Under the pieces are notes generated by a model, which had not been told where the DNA came from, ran no database searches, and saw only the letters and a program-made list of their open reading frames with translations. Positions 1 through 11,384 of a DNA stretch of 64,000 nucleotides are shown one piece after another. Position 1 is the first letter of the stretch. Each line of letters starts with the position of its first letter. The stretch comes from Octopus vulgaris (taxonomy: Eukaryota). The position numbers and the translations under genes are program-made. Where the stretch lies: contig OX597820.1 in assembly GCA_951406725.2 (NCBI GenBank), positions 30,814,001-30,878,000 of the forward strand. Reading direction: 5' to 3'.

Positions 1-14
1 CTATAGATGACATT

Positions 15-205
15 ATTGTTTAGTCCCAAATCAGCCCTGATTGAGCTGTCCTGTGACCAAAAGCAATCTGACCATGCCTATCCAATTTTATTTTATATCC
101 TAGATAAACTAGCCAATGTATTTTTAATTTTTAAAAAGTTTTTAAGCTGGTAGGAGACGATTTGAGGAAAATTTGACTGCTATTTTTAGTAGGTAGAATA
201 ATTGC
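15..205. repeat. Dispersed unclassified repeat, family E
   Basis: Motif gatttgagggagatttggctgctatttctag recurs in either orientation near 160, 2965, 5200, 5440, 16575, 25025, 37490, 42060, 43575, 43785, 47545 and 48115. Confidence 0.65.
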
Positions 206-626
206 ACATAGTTTTTTTCAATGGCTTGAAATTAACATAATTCTGATTCTAGGTACAATCCACATTCAGAGTTCATAAAATGAACGAACAATATTTAGCT
301 TTACAAATCAGATCAAACAATGTCTATACTGGTAAAACCAGCCCCAGTTAATATATTTTTTTTACAAGGCTCCGTGGGCAAAAACAATTTTGTAGATAGA
401 CTCTCTCTCTCTCGCCTCTCCCTCTCTCACACACACACGTGAATTTTACACTGAATAGTGTATGAGTATAGACAATGTCAAACTTAAAACAGTTTGGATA
501 TTTGCATTAAATCAGTAATACTTTAACATCCAGATATTTGGGACAAGCAGGGATTCAACACCATTTCTTCATATACATTAGCTCAATACTGTGCCATGCT
601 TGACAAGCAACAATCCATATTAATAA

Positions 627-632
627 TTTATT
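627..632 (-). promoter_or_regulatory. Candidate polyadenylation signal of the SDR gene
   Basis: AATAAA on the minus strand about 75 nt after the stop codon; AT-rich context makes a chance match possible. Confidence 0.35.
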
Positions 633-706
633 TAAACAGTGAAACTTGAGGGAAGTTCAACATCTTATTTGCCATTTCATAGATTTCAGTGACCACAGTA
701 CTGTTA

Positions 707-1661
707 TCACAATTCTTCTTTTACAAATGGGTAGTCAATACCGTAGACTGCTCTGAGTCCAGTCAGAACTTGTAAAGGCCGTCTTGTCAAATATTTTTGC
801 ATCATGTGAATAACATCCCGTCTTGGAATCTCATATTTTTCCTCTTTGATGGCTTTTTCATAAAAGGCTATTATTTCTTTCAGAATTTTCTCCCAACTTG
901 TTGGTTTCCAGTCCAGTTTTTCTTTGGCTTTAGATACATCAACAGGGCCTAACTTCACCGATGGGAAGAGATAAACAGAGCTTGAAGTCAGAGGTTCAAT
1001 GAAAATATTCAAATCTGTTAGGTTAAGGGAATCCTTTATATCACCAAGTACTTCATACAGTGTTGGGTTTTCATCGATGGCTAAATTGTAAGCTTCATCG
1101 TTAATGTCTTCACTTCCTGTTAGATACTGCACAATTATATCTGCCACATCTTCAACATAAACTAAACTTATCTCTTGTTTAACTAAATTTGAAGGAAGTG
1201 ATACGGGTCTTTCCAGATATGTGCGTAGTTTCATCCACAGCTGATAAAGCCACCACCGGTAAGTGTTATCCTTGGGACCAATAACATCAGGAAGACGATA
1301 TATTAGAAATGGTACTTTACTTGCTTCTGGCTGTTGCCGAAGTTCTTCTTCACACTGAAGTTTCAAGTGACCATAGTTGTCATTTTTGGCATAATCCTCT
1401 CTCGTGGTTTCATCAAATGGACGAACAGCATCTGTCTCTTTGCTAGGTGCTGTGTGATTTTTCATGCACACATCATATACTGAGTCTGTACTAATTAAAA
1501 CATATAAACCAATTTTGGAACGGAAAATTGCCAGAACTTCTCTGACTGCAAAAGGATGATAGGCACTAAAATCAATGACTGTATCAAAATATATGGATGA
1601 GCTTGTTTTGAAGAAGTTGACCAAGTCTTGACAATTGTAAAGTGACTGCATACGATCACAT
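707..1661 (-). CDS. Exon 2 (terminal) of the SDR epimerase/dehydratase; protein ends in KEEL
   Basis: Acceptor ttccttcacag at 1662. The phase-2 junction AA|A gives HLK-CDR in frame. Motifs VIDFSAY, LISTDSVY, YGHLK (YxxxK), RLPDVIGP and LVYVEDVA. Spliced CDS is 254+955=1209 nt, i.e. 402 aa plus stop. Confidence 0.92.
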
Positions 1662-3449
1662 CTGTGAAGGAAGGAAATAAAAATATACATATATATATAT
1701 TTATATTAGTGAAAACTTTTTCAATAATCAATTATATTGTTTCAAAAGAATTCAGTTACTTATTTTTATTTTATTGCAAGGTGGAAGGTGTTTATAAGCC
1801 ATTTAAGAAACACACAAAAACTGTTCGATTCACTTCAACATTTAAATTTAATTTGTGAAAATATTTTCGTCACTTTGAGACTGCGACCTGTTCAGTGACA
1901 AAACTTTGTTCCAGCACACGATCTCAGATCAAGTCACTTGCTATGCAAGTACATCTCCATAATTTTATTTTATTTAACTCTATTTACCTCCAATTAATTT
2001 AATTTTATGCTGTCTTTAAGTGTGCTTATGTCGTGGGTACAAACTAAAGGTCTGTGAGGTTTGTAGTTATGTTGAAGTATACAGGCAAAAGACAGGCATA
2101 ACTGTAAAAACGTAATTGCATTGGAAAACAAAGATCCCTTTGTATCAGTTTAGAGTTGAGTTTGGCTTCGTAGAAGTCTGTAAGGTGAAGATGTTTTTAT
2201 GTTTGGTCAGAGTTGTGATGGTATTGAAAACTATGAGAGTAAGAACTCAAAGAAACAGTTGAGAAAGTGATGGAGTAATGAGAAGGTTGGGTTGGGTTGT
2301 GCAAACAAAGCAGATAGAGGGAGTTGTTGTAGACATGATGAAAATGGATGATGTCTGTATGTAATATTCTGAAAGTCATTGAGGACTTCAATGATGTCAA
2401 AAGTGATTCCATAGATGGAAAATTTTGGTGACATTAAGTAGAATCCAAAAGAAAATGTTTAATAAACATACTATGCTCAAATTAGGAATCCACATGTTTT
2501 TGATTCAATCATTTCCAAAGAATTTTTTTTTTGTCAATATGATGTAAATCGAAAAATCCATACTTCCTTGCCAAGCATCACACGCATGTCTCTAATTTCT
2601 CACTGACACTAAACTACAGATTTGTAGGGAAAGGGTATATCTATTTGAATAAACCAGGGTACATGATTATTAATTAATTATGATAATGAAGAAATAAAAA
2701 GTAAAATCAACCTCAGTGGAACTGAAACAATATAAACAAAAAAACTAAATGCTATAATGCATCCACTCTAGCATTTAACATATCCGTCACTCTTTTGCCT
2801 TTATCTACTCAATAGTTGTTTGGAGTTAGGGTGATGTTTGCTGTTGTTTAGACTAAGGTTGCTCTGATCAAAGGTGTCCCAACTGTGACCATCCTGTCAT
2901 TGTTCAGACAGTACATCTAGGACTACATTTAATGTACTTTTTCTCCTTTAAAGATAGTAAGGTGCAATTTGAAGGAGATTTGGCTACTATTTCTAGTTGG
3001 TAGAATGACTGCATAGAGATCCCCACACTGGCCTGTTATTTAGGGTGAGGGTTAGAGCTAGGAAATGAAAGAACCAGAAATGGTTCTGACAACAATGAAA
3101 ATACTACAGGAGAAGTAGATAGCTAGATCAAACAATACTTGTCTACAACCCATATGCTTGTCTACAACCCTATTGTCCCAGTGACCACAACACCTTTTCT
3201 CCCTCTCAGACAAAGGACTAGGTTCTGCACTCTTCACAACAACTGGATTTATCGAAATTTCCTATAGGAGTAAACATCTACTCCAGTGGCATGTAGAGGC
3301 AGTAGGCAGTAATATTTTCAAAAGGTACTTTTCTATTATTGACAGCCAATTTTTATTTTTATTTACTAAAGGATTAGTAAATAAATCATACTCGTGAGAC
3401 AGGTATGATAGTTGATTGGTGAATTTTCACAATAGCTATCACTACCTCT

Positions 3450-3735
3450 CATCATCATCATCATCATCGTTTAACGTCCGTTTTCCGCGCTAGCACGGGT
3501 TGGACGGTTCGACCGGGGTCTGGGAAGCCAGGGGCTGCACCAGGCTCCAGTCTGATGTGGCAAAGTTTCTACAGCTGGATGCCCTTCCTAACGCCAACCA
3601 CTCCGCGAGTGTAGTGCGTGCTTTTTATGTGCCACCTGCACAGGTGCCAGGGGGTTCCGGCATCGGCCACGATCGGTTGGAGCTTTTAACGTGCCACCGG
3701 CACGGAAGCCAGCCAAGGCGGCGCTGGCAACGGAA
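3450..3735 (-). mobile_element. Family D element
   Basis: Reverse complement of family D with a (CAT)n end. Further copies near 12205, 15735, 21565, 22440, 25140, 26350, 31110, 36652, 39700, 48235, 57900 and 60410. Confidence 0.82.
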
Positions 3736-4425
3736 AAGGAAAACTATCACACCTACCTTACAAGTGTATTAGTTTCTTTACTAATCCTACAGTAAATAAA
3801 AAATTGGCTCTATATTATTATAGGAAAGTATCTTTAAAAATATATTTCCAGTGAGACATATTTTTAGAGAAAGGTCCTTCATGGACAGGTTCTGACCTCC
3901 AGTTTTTCGTCACAAAACTTATGTACTAAGGGACAGGGAGATAATAGCAGGTAATACAGGACAATCTAAGGTACAATACAGTACATTTTATCTATTTGGC
4001 ACAATGGTAATTCAGAATACTAACACAAAACCATTTTTCTGCCATGGCCTGTGATATTTCTTGGTACCATATGTGGCTCAGCCACTGTCAACTAAATATC
4101 AAAAATCATTATTCAAACATAAATTTAGTTCACATTATAAGAAAAGATTAAAAAAAACACAAATATTTGAAAGATACAAATATCAAAGTGAAAAAAAAAT
4201 GAAAAAATTAAATAGTGTGATTGTTATTGATATGCATACAATTTTTCCTACGAAATTTGGCTCATGACCCACTTTTAGGACATATGGTCCACCTTGTGTG
4301 TTTACAGGTTTAGAGAACAGGGAACAAGTTAATGTGTGATATCTTTTATTTTTAGATTGAAGATGAGCAACAGGAATGAGATGAAAATAAGGGTTTTATT
4401 AAAGAAATTATCTAGTTGAAAGGGT

Positions 4426-4799
4426 GGAGCACTCCGTCGGTTGCGACGATGAGGGTCCCAGCTGATACGATCAACGGAACAGCTTGCTCGTGATATTAAC
4501 GTGCAAGTGGCTGAGCACTCCACAGACACGTGTACCCTTAACGTAGTTCTCGAGGAGATTCAGCGTGACACACAGAATGTGACAAGGCTGGCCCTTTGAA
4601 ATACAGGTACAAGAGAAACAGGAAGAAAGAGTGAGAGAAAGTTGTGGTGAAAGAGTACAGCAGGGATCACCACCATCCCTGCCGGAGCATCGTGGAGCTT
4701 TTAGGTGTTTTCGCTCAATAAACACTCACAATGCCCGGTCTGGGAATCGAAACCGCGATTCTCCGACCGCGAGTCCGTTGCCCTAACCACTGGGCCATT
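4426..4799 (-). mobile_element. tRNA-derived SINE, family C, with 11-bp TSD
   Basis: Minus-strand head AATGGCCCAGTGGTTAGGGC...GGTTTCGATTCCC (A/B boxes). TSD GTTGAAAGGGT at 4415-4425 and 4800-4810. Confidence 0.9.
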
Positions 4800-5639
4800 G
4801 TTGAAAGGGTAATAGCTAAACCGATGACATTCTGGGTCTGCTCACATTAGACTTCATTTCATTGAATAGGACCAGAATTCCCAATTTTTCATTGACACCA
4901 TAACATAGAAAAATTGGATCAATGGTCAAGTTTACTGACTTTGTTCAATTACATAAACTAAAATGAACCAAGAAAGTCTCTACATATTCATTCAATCTGT
5001 TGGAAATAGGAGCCAAACCTTCCCTGAATCACACCTTTCTGCCTGAAAATGGGAGAGACATATTGGATGAAATACTTTTGGATATTCTAAGTCTGAGACA
5101 AAAATGAAAAATTACTTCTCCTACTCTGAGAATTTCTACCAGGAGTTGAGTAGTACCAGGAGCCAAGTTGGGACCCAACTGCAATAGGGGATGATTGAGG
5201 GAGGTTTTGCTGCTATTTCTAGTAGGTGTGAATAACATCTTTCTTTACACACACACACATACATATATATAGTGAGAGATGATGAATAGCAGATGTTATT
5301 TCCTTTTTTTTGGTATTTCCTATCACTTCTTCCATCTTCCCTACACCCCCCACTTCCTGCCAGTATAGTTCCACAATCTCTATGTCATGAAATTACTACT
5401 TGGCATTATTAGGGAGCCTTTTCATAGGCGCTCGACCTACTAGAAATAGCAGCCAAACCTCCCTCAATTACACCTTATTGCAGTTGGGTCCCAACTTGGC
5501 TCCTGGGGCTTCTCTACTCAACACTTGGTAGAAGCTCTCAGAGTAGGAGAAGTAATTTAGAATGAGTTTAACAAGATGAAGAAGCATGATGGTGTGATGT
5601 TTGAAGGAGAATTTGAGAGTTGAGAGGCGACCCTTATTC

Positions 5640-6890
5640 TGTTGACAGTGCACAGGGATTTTACATCAATGGCATCAAAACTAGGCCTCAATTTTGCCAA
5701 TTTATTTGTTGGCCATGTTGAGGCTCAAAGTTTTACCCAGTTTCCTGGGTCAACCCAGGGCCAAACTAAGACCCATAGATGCCCTAAGCACTTAAAAGAT
5801 TTTGGTGCCTCCATATATATGTAATTCAAAATATAAACAATAATAAACTATAAAATAAATTATTTTTCAAAATGAAACAAAACTAACAGTAAAATGGAAA
5901 ATAATGTTTATTTTTGAATACTTCCACTTTATTTATATTACAAAAGTCTTCTCCTGTTCTTTTTAATAGCAAAGTCTTTGATCAGATCCTCAAAATTAAT
6001 CTTACACAACACATTTGCTTCTATACTTAGTAGAGATAAGGCATCCCAAATATTAACTTAGCAAGTTTAAAGTGATTTCTTTTGTGCTGTAAGCTATTTA
6101 CCATTTCTGTAGTGCCCCCACTCCCCCTGATGCTCTAAGCACATGCTTATTTTGCTCAATGGTTAATCTGGCACTGGGTCAACCCTTGACCTACATGGCT
6201 GTTACATCAATGACTCTGTAAATACCATCTTATATAAGAGAGAGCAACTGATACTTTTCATGTTCCCCATCAATAATCTTCATACACCACTTCACTACTG
6301 CTATCAACTACCTAGGCATTTCTCTTTCAGTTAACAACTTCTACCTCTCCACATTGATCTACTATAAATCTACAGACATTACTAACACAACTCTTTTTCC
6401 TAACATTACACTCACAGCAAGTCCACCATCCCCTTCCCACAATTCTTTCTTATCCATTTCATCTGCAGCAGAAGTCTTGACTTCATTTCCAAGTCAAATG
6501 AATGCATAAATTTTCTTCTCGCATGGATATCTGCAAATGTTGTGGATACTGCTATCCACTGAACCCAATTTATCAGTTTTACTGCTGCACTCTCTCTCCA
6601 GGAATCCAGACCCTGCCCTATCACTTTCGCTCTGTGACACAGCCATTTCTGTACACTGTTCTTCCAATGTCCACTTCTTTCTGCTATCTGACCCTGAAAC
6701 TGCTTCTCTCATTTTTGGAAACTTCACTCTGACCCATCCTGGCATATCCATATACTCCCTGCCTCAGTGTCTTATTGTCGCTTCACCTTGCATACTCTAC
6801 TACTATAATGTCAATATGATCAACCACTTTGATTATATTTCCCCTAACTAATACTTACTGCATAAGAAAACAGGTTGCTCTTTAGAAATT
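5640..6890 (+). mobile_element. Second, more decayed Penelope-like element interrupted by a hAT derivative
   Basis: MASKLGLNFANLFVGHVEAQ..FPGST resumes after the insertion as DLHGCYINDS; parallels 37995-39060. Confidence 0.75.
5756..6176 (-). mobile_element. Non-autonomous hAT DNA transposon with 8-bp TSD
   Basis: TSD GGTCAACC at 5748-5755 and 6177-6184. Imperfect TIRs CAGGGCCAAACTAA / CAGTGCCAGATTAA. Minus strand reads DALSLLSIEANVLCKINFEDLIKDFAIKKNRRRLL-stop, like a hAT C-terminal dimerisation domain. Confidence 0.85.
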
Positions 6891-6891
6891 A

Positions 6892-7284
6892 GGTGTAGGA
6901 GTGGCTGTGTGGTAAGTAGCTTGCTTATGAACTACATGGTTCCAGGTTCAGTCCCACTACGTGGCACTTTGGGCAAGTGTCTTCTACTATATAGCCTCGG
7001 GCTGACCAAAGCCTTGTGAGTGGATTTGGTAGACGGAAACTGAAAGAAGCCCGTCGTATATATGTATATATATGTGTGTGTGTTTGTGTGTCTGTGTTTG
7101 TCCCCCCAACATCTTGTGACAACTGATGGTGGTGTGTTTACGTCCCCGTAACTTAGCGGTTCGGCAAAAGAGGCCCATAGAATAAGTACTAGGCTTACAA
7201 GGAATAAGTCCTGGGGTCGATTTGCTTGACTAAAGGCGGTGCTCCAGCATGGCCACAGCCACATGACTAAGACAAGTAAAAGAG
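6892..7284 (+). mobile_element. tRNA-derived SINE, family A (about 390 bp; most abundant family in the window)
   Basis: Pol III A box TGGCTGTGTGG, B box GGTTCAGTCCC, internal (TA)n/(TG)n tract, tail GAAACAAGTAAAAGAG. Many near-identical copies in the window. Confidence 0.9.
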
Positions 7285-7794
7285 TTCCATGAGCATTTGC
7301 TGGGGGTTTGTAGCAATGACCAGGGAGTTGTCAAACTCAGAGCTTTCTAATTTAATTTCCTGGTTACTCCTCTGACCATCTCTCAGTCTATACGCAAACA
7401 CAAGGTACAACCTTCCTAAACCATAGCAATTGCTTTCTTACAGTTTTAATATACATCTCAACTTACTCTAATTCTGCTTTCCACTCTTTTAAACTGTTTT
7501 CATTGCTATGTGATGTCTATTTGCATACATTGTGGTTTTCTTATGCGTGTCTGTATGTTTATGTTTTGCCTAGTTATATATATTGCATATAACATGATGC
7601 ACACACTGCTTCTATGACTGTACACATCATGTGTAACATATTTGCAGTGCTTAGCATTATTGTACTGTTTATTATTTCCACTCTCTGCCCCTTTCCTACT
7701 TCTTGCCACAGACTACAATAGATTTATGCCTTTCCTGTCTCTGGACATTATTGCTTTAATAATTCAGACCATTCTTTATTATTAGGGTAGTAGA

Positions 7795-8062
7795 TTGGCA
7801 TTTAACTTTATAATGATAATAATAATAATTATATATTTCTTTACTGCCCACAAGGGGCTAAACATAGAGGGGACAAACATAGACAGACAAAGGAACCAAG
7901 TCGATTACATCGACCCCAGTGGGAAGCTGGTACTTTATTTATCAGCTTCCCACTGGGGTCGATGAAATCGACTTGATTCCTTTGTCTGTCCATGTTTAGC
8001 CCCTTGTGGGCAGTAAAGATATATATTATTATTATTATTATCATTAGAAAGTTAAATGCCAA
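7795..8062. repeat. Long palindrome (arms about 120-135 bp, 13-nt loop)
   Basis: 7795-7929 is the reverse complement of 7943-8062, apart from one indel of about 17 bp and a few substitutions. Confidence 0.9.
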
Positions 8063-8815
8063 ATAATAATAATAATAATGATCTATATTAGTCATACATA
8101 GGGCTCAATACATTTATATACAGAAGCCTACAAGCATACATATATACTGGGCAGTACATGGCATTCTTTCGATATAACTCGACAAAATAAAAACATTTCA
8201 CTTCGGGTATTTCCGTGGAAGCAAATGACAGTTCGATTCTGCTTTCTGCTTGGAAATTTGTGGATTTTACATACACACATGCAAGGCTTTTTTTCTTTCT
8301 CAAGTTTAAAATGAAACATTGCTGGCATATTTTCGTTATATCTATACTCCACAACCCACGGAAATACTAGAAATGAAATGTTTTGATTTTGTCGAGTTAT
8401 ATCGAAGGAATGCCCAGTAAAGTTTTTAGATGAGTATTTAAATGGTAGTTTTCGTTTGTTTTTTTTTAAAACTAATTTATAGCCTCTCGGTTTTCGAAAC
8501 ATTTCGAGAGAGTTGAACTGCTGCCAAGAAAGTTTGTGACTTCGTTTGTGTCCTGCTATGTTGAAGTACTAGACGATAGTAACCCTTCGTGTTATGTACA
8601 ATTGAGGAAATGTGCCAGCCTCAATTTTGTTTGTTTATTTACTCACTTTTGTATTCTTTACGCCCACACTTTCTTCTCGCCATTTTCTCTTGTAAATTGT
8701 CTTAAATTTTCCCCCACTGAACTATTTGTTCTTCGGAAAGTTGATAATAATATTCTCAAATGTAATAAAAGACCCGATTTCTCCCTTAACGACAAAATTG
8801 AAACTAAAAACTTAC

Positions 8816-9069
8816 TTGAGATGTCGAACGTACGGTTTAATCAAAACATCTGAGTCCCAATACCAGTTGCCGCGGTTAATTATAGTGATGGAATGGTCGG
8901 TCTTCAAGAGCCGAGACACGGTAGCAGAACCGATAAAACCGTTTCCACCGAACACCAAAATTGACAACCGTTTATTTTCATGAGAAGCAGAATCTACCAA
9001 GGTTGTGGACAGTACAGAAATAATACTGGGTACTACGGTTAAAACGACAAATAGCCTCAGCGAAGTCAT
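8816..9069 (-). CDS. Exon 1 of NAD(P)-dependent epimerase/dehydratase (atypical/extended SDR) with signal-peptide-like N-terminus
   Basis: ATG at 9069 gives MTSLRLFVVLTVVPSIISVLS (hydrophobic leader), then ILVFGGNGFIGSATVSRLL (GxxGxxG Rossmann motif) and ITIINRG. GTAAGT donor after 8816, phase 2. Confidence 0.9.
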
Positions 9070-9949
9070 CGTTGCAACTTTTGCTGAGTTTTGTAAAAGA
9101 TGTTGATGCTGTGTCAAGCATGAGGGGGGATAACTCTATAGTTTGTCTTACTGTCAAGTAGACTAGCCAAATGGATGAGGGAGAGACACAAGAATCTCAG
9201 CTGTGTCAACAAAGTTATTTCTTCGAAAAATGGTCCTACTTAAGAAGTCAAAACTCATGTGGCTTCCAGACATGATAAATTATTCATCGTCATGAAGGTC
9301 ACAAAAAGATTTCACAGAAGAAACATTTAATTGTTCTTCAGCTTTACGCTTTTATACCTTTTTTTTTTAGAATTTGTTTTTGTTTCTTTTAATATTAATA
9401 TATATTATGTCGTTTTCAGTCTGTCATGGCTTACCAGCTTTATAAGGACGCTTTAGATATTAAATAAATAAATAAACAGCTATTTTTAAAGGATTATATT
9501 ACAAGGGAAATAACTTGTTAGAGACAAGAAAATGCTTAGTTTTAAAAGAAAAGAGAATTGCAATCCATCGGAAAAAGTTCTATGTGGTCGAAACAACAAC
9601 CAAATCTTCACCGGCCGAGTAAAAGAGAGAGAGAAAAAAGACACTCTTGGGATATACTAAAGACTGGGTGGTGACTTGTTCTTTAAATCAGTTTAGGTAA
9701 TGGAACATCTCTCAAACCTATTCCCAGAAAGCAGAACATTGCGTATATTGTTATAATGTGCCATAGCAAAAATTTTCATCGACATCTTGCAACCGTTACC
9801 TTGATGATTTTGTACCAATAGTCTGCCAGGCACCACCCTACAGCAGATCAGGAGACACAACTGACTCATTTTCAAACGAGTTGATAGAATGCAAGACTTG
9901 AAATAAGAAACTAACACAAACCAAATAGTACTTTTTATTATTTAAAGAT

Positions 9950-11384
9950 ATATTACATAAAATGTTTAATTACACATCTGAGAATAGATATTTCTGTCAA
10001 ACTGGTGTTTCAAGTACTCAAGGAATGAACATTCTCCTTTATGTGGATAAATTGCATCATGACAGTCTCTTTACGGTGACCTGTAGTAGACAGTACCATG
10101 TTGGTGTTCTACCTGACTTGGTACCTAGTCCCCATGTTCTCAATGTCTTGGTGGAGTCTTTTTCTTTGCTCATCACTATTGCCATAAAATTTTCAAGGAA
10201 GTAGTCCAGTTTACTGTGCAGGAAATGCACATTTTACACTCATGTTGCAGCCTTTTGCTCGAAAACTGGTTAACAGGGTCTGCACAAGATCTTCATAATT
10301 TGATGGCTTCCTATTTCTCAGGAAATCAGATACAACTGCAACAAAAGCATTCCATGCTTCTTTTTCAATGTCACACATGGTCTCAAAACATAGCTCATCT
10401 TGCAATAGTCACCTAATATGTGGCCCATCAAACACCCCAACCTTATTTCTCTCACAAGGCAAAGCTGGAAACTTTCTGCTCAAGTATTTGAAGCAGTCAC
10501 TGTCTCAGTGTTTCAACACATGTTTTGCACACTATATGGGATGTTCAAGCTTTGTCTTGTCACCCAGTTTCATGCTAAAATAAGGAAGTAAGGTAAGCTT
10601 TCTTCACAAAATCTGTGATTTTGTTTTGCCTAATCCAGAAATAAGCAAAAGACATTGGGACTGTTTTTACATTTTCTTCTTATGTAACTGGCCATGTTTC
10701 TGAAACACAAAACATGTTCAAGTCAGTTGTCAGCTGGAAAAGTATTTTCAGAATAGTCAACAGATATAGAGTAAGCAAATGCATATTTGTGATGGCAAAG
10801 TTCCATAAAGAGAATACATACCATGAAGTTCTTTTTACAGTTCTTTGACCATACTTAACAAAAAGTGAGCTTGACCCATGTGACCTCACAATCAAAACAT
10901 TAAGGGCACATCCAAAATACAAATTTTCATGAGACAGTTAAAACTTCGACAAAACATGTCTCGTCTAGTTTGCAATGATGGTCACACTAAATTAAACAAA
11001 GCGTGGGCATATTTGTAGATAAATTCCGCAAATTTGAGACGTATGGTGTCAAGGGCCTCGAAAATATGTTGTTTCTTAACATCTAAATACTGAGAGTTGC
11101 TCAAGCTTGATACTTAAATCATTACTTTTGTTTTCACTTTAAATGACATTGAAAAACTGTTTTCAAAAGTTTGTCAAGCTCCATACATGGGTTTGCATTT
11201 GATGAAGTCAAATCTATCCTTAGAAATGGTGACAGTACTAGAAATGTTGAAAAATGGACATCTCAGTTTGTGAAAAATCTTGATGTGATAGAGCAAAATG
11301 GATTTCATTTTTGAAATCAGCACCCCTGAATTAGTAGGAATCATGTCTCCAGCATCAGACAGCATAAACCCTGTTCCCCAGTGT
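9950..11384 (-). mobile_element. Degenerate CMC/Chapaev-like DNA transposon
   Basis: Frameshifted transposase pieces EKEAWNAFVAVVSDFLRNRKPSNYEDLVQTLLTSFRAKGCNMSVK / HFLH / LDYF. The right end reads ccagtg followed by taa (CAC-type terminus). Left end unclear. Confidence 0.6.

Noticed and set aside
1662-1690. ORF-track start MYIFISFLHR of the 327-aa ORF
   Set aside because: Intronic polypyrimidine tract; the real exon starts at the AG at 1662 and joins exon 1 in frame.
2100-2440. Possible very old Penelope RT fragment on the minus strand
   Set aside because: Only vague compositional similarity; no intact motif.
3500-3772. Recurrent short ORFs such as MDGSTGVWEAR..., MWPCWST... and ...YDGLLSVSVYQIHSQGFG
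   Set aside because: Translations of family D and SINE A repeats; they recur because of copy number, not coding function.
9070-9117. 16-aa N-terminal extension in the ORF track
   Set aside because: Starts at TTG; the first ATG at 9069 directly opens the signal-peptide-like segment.
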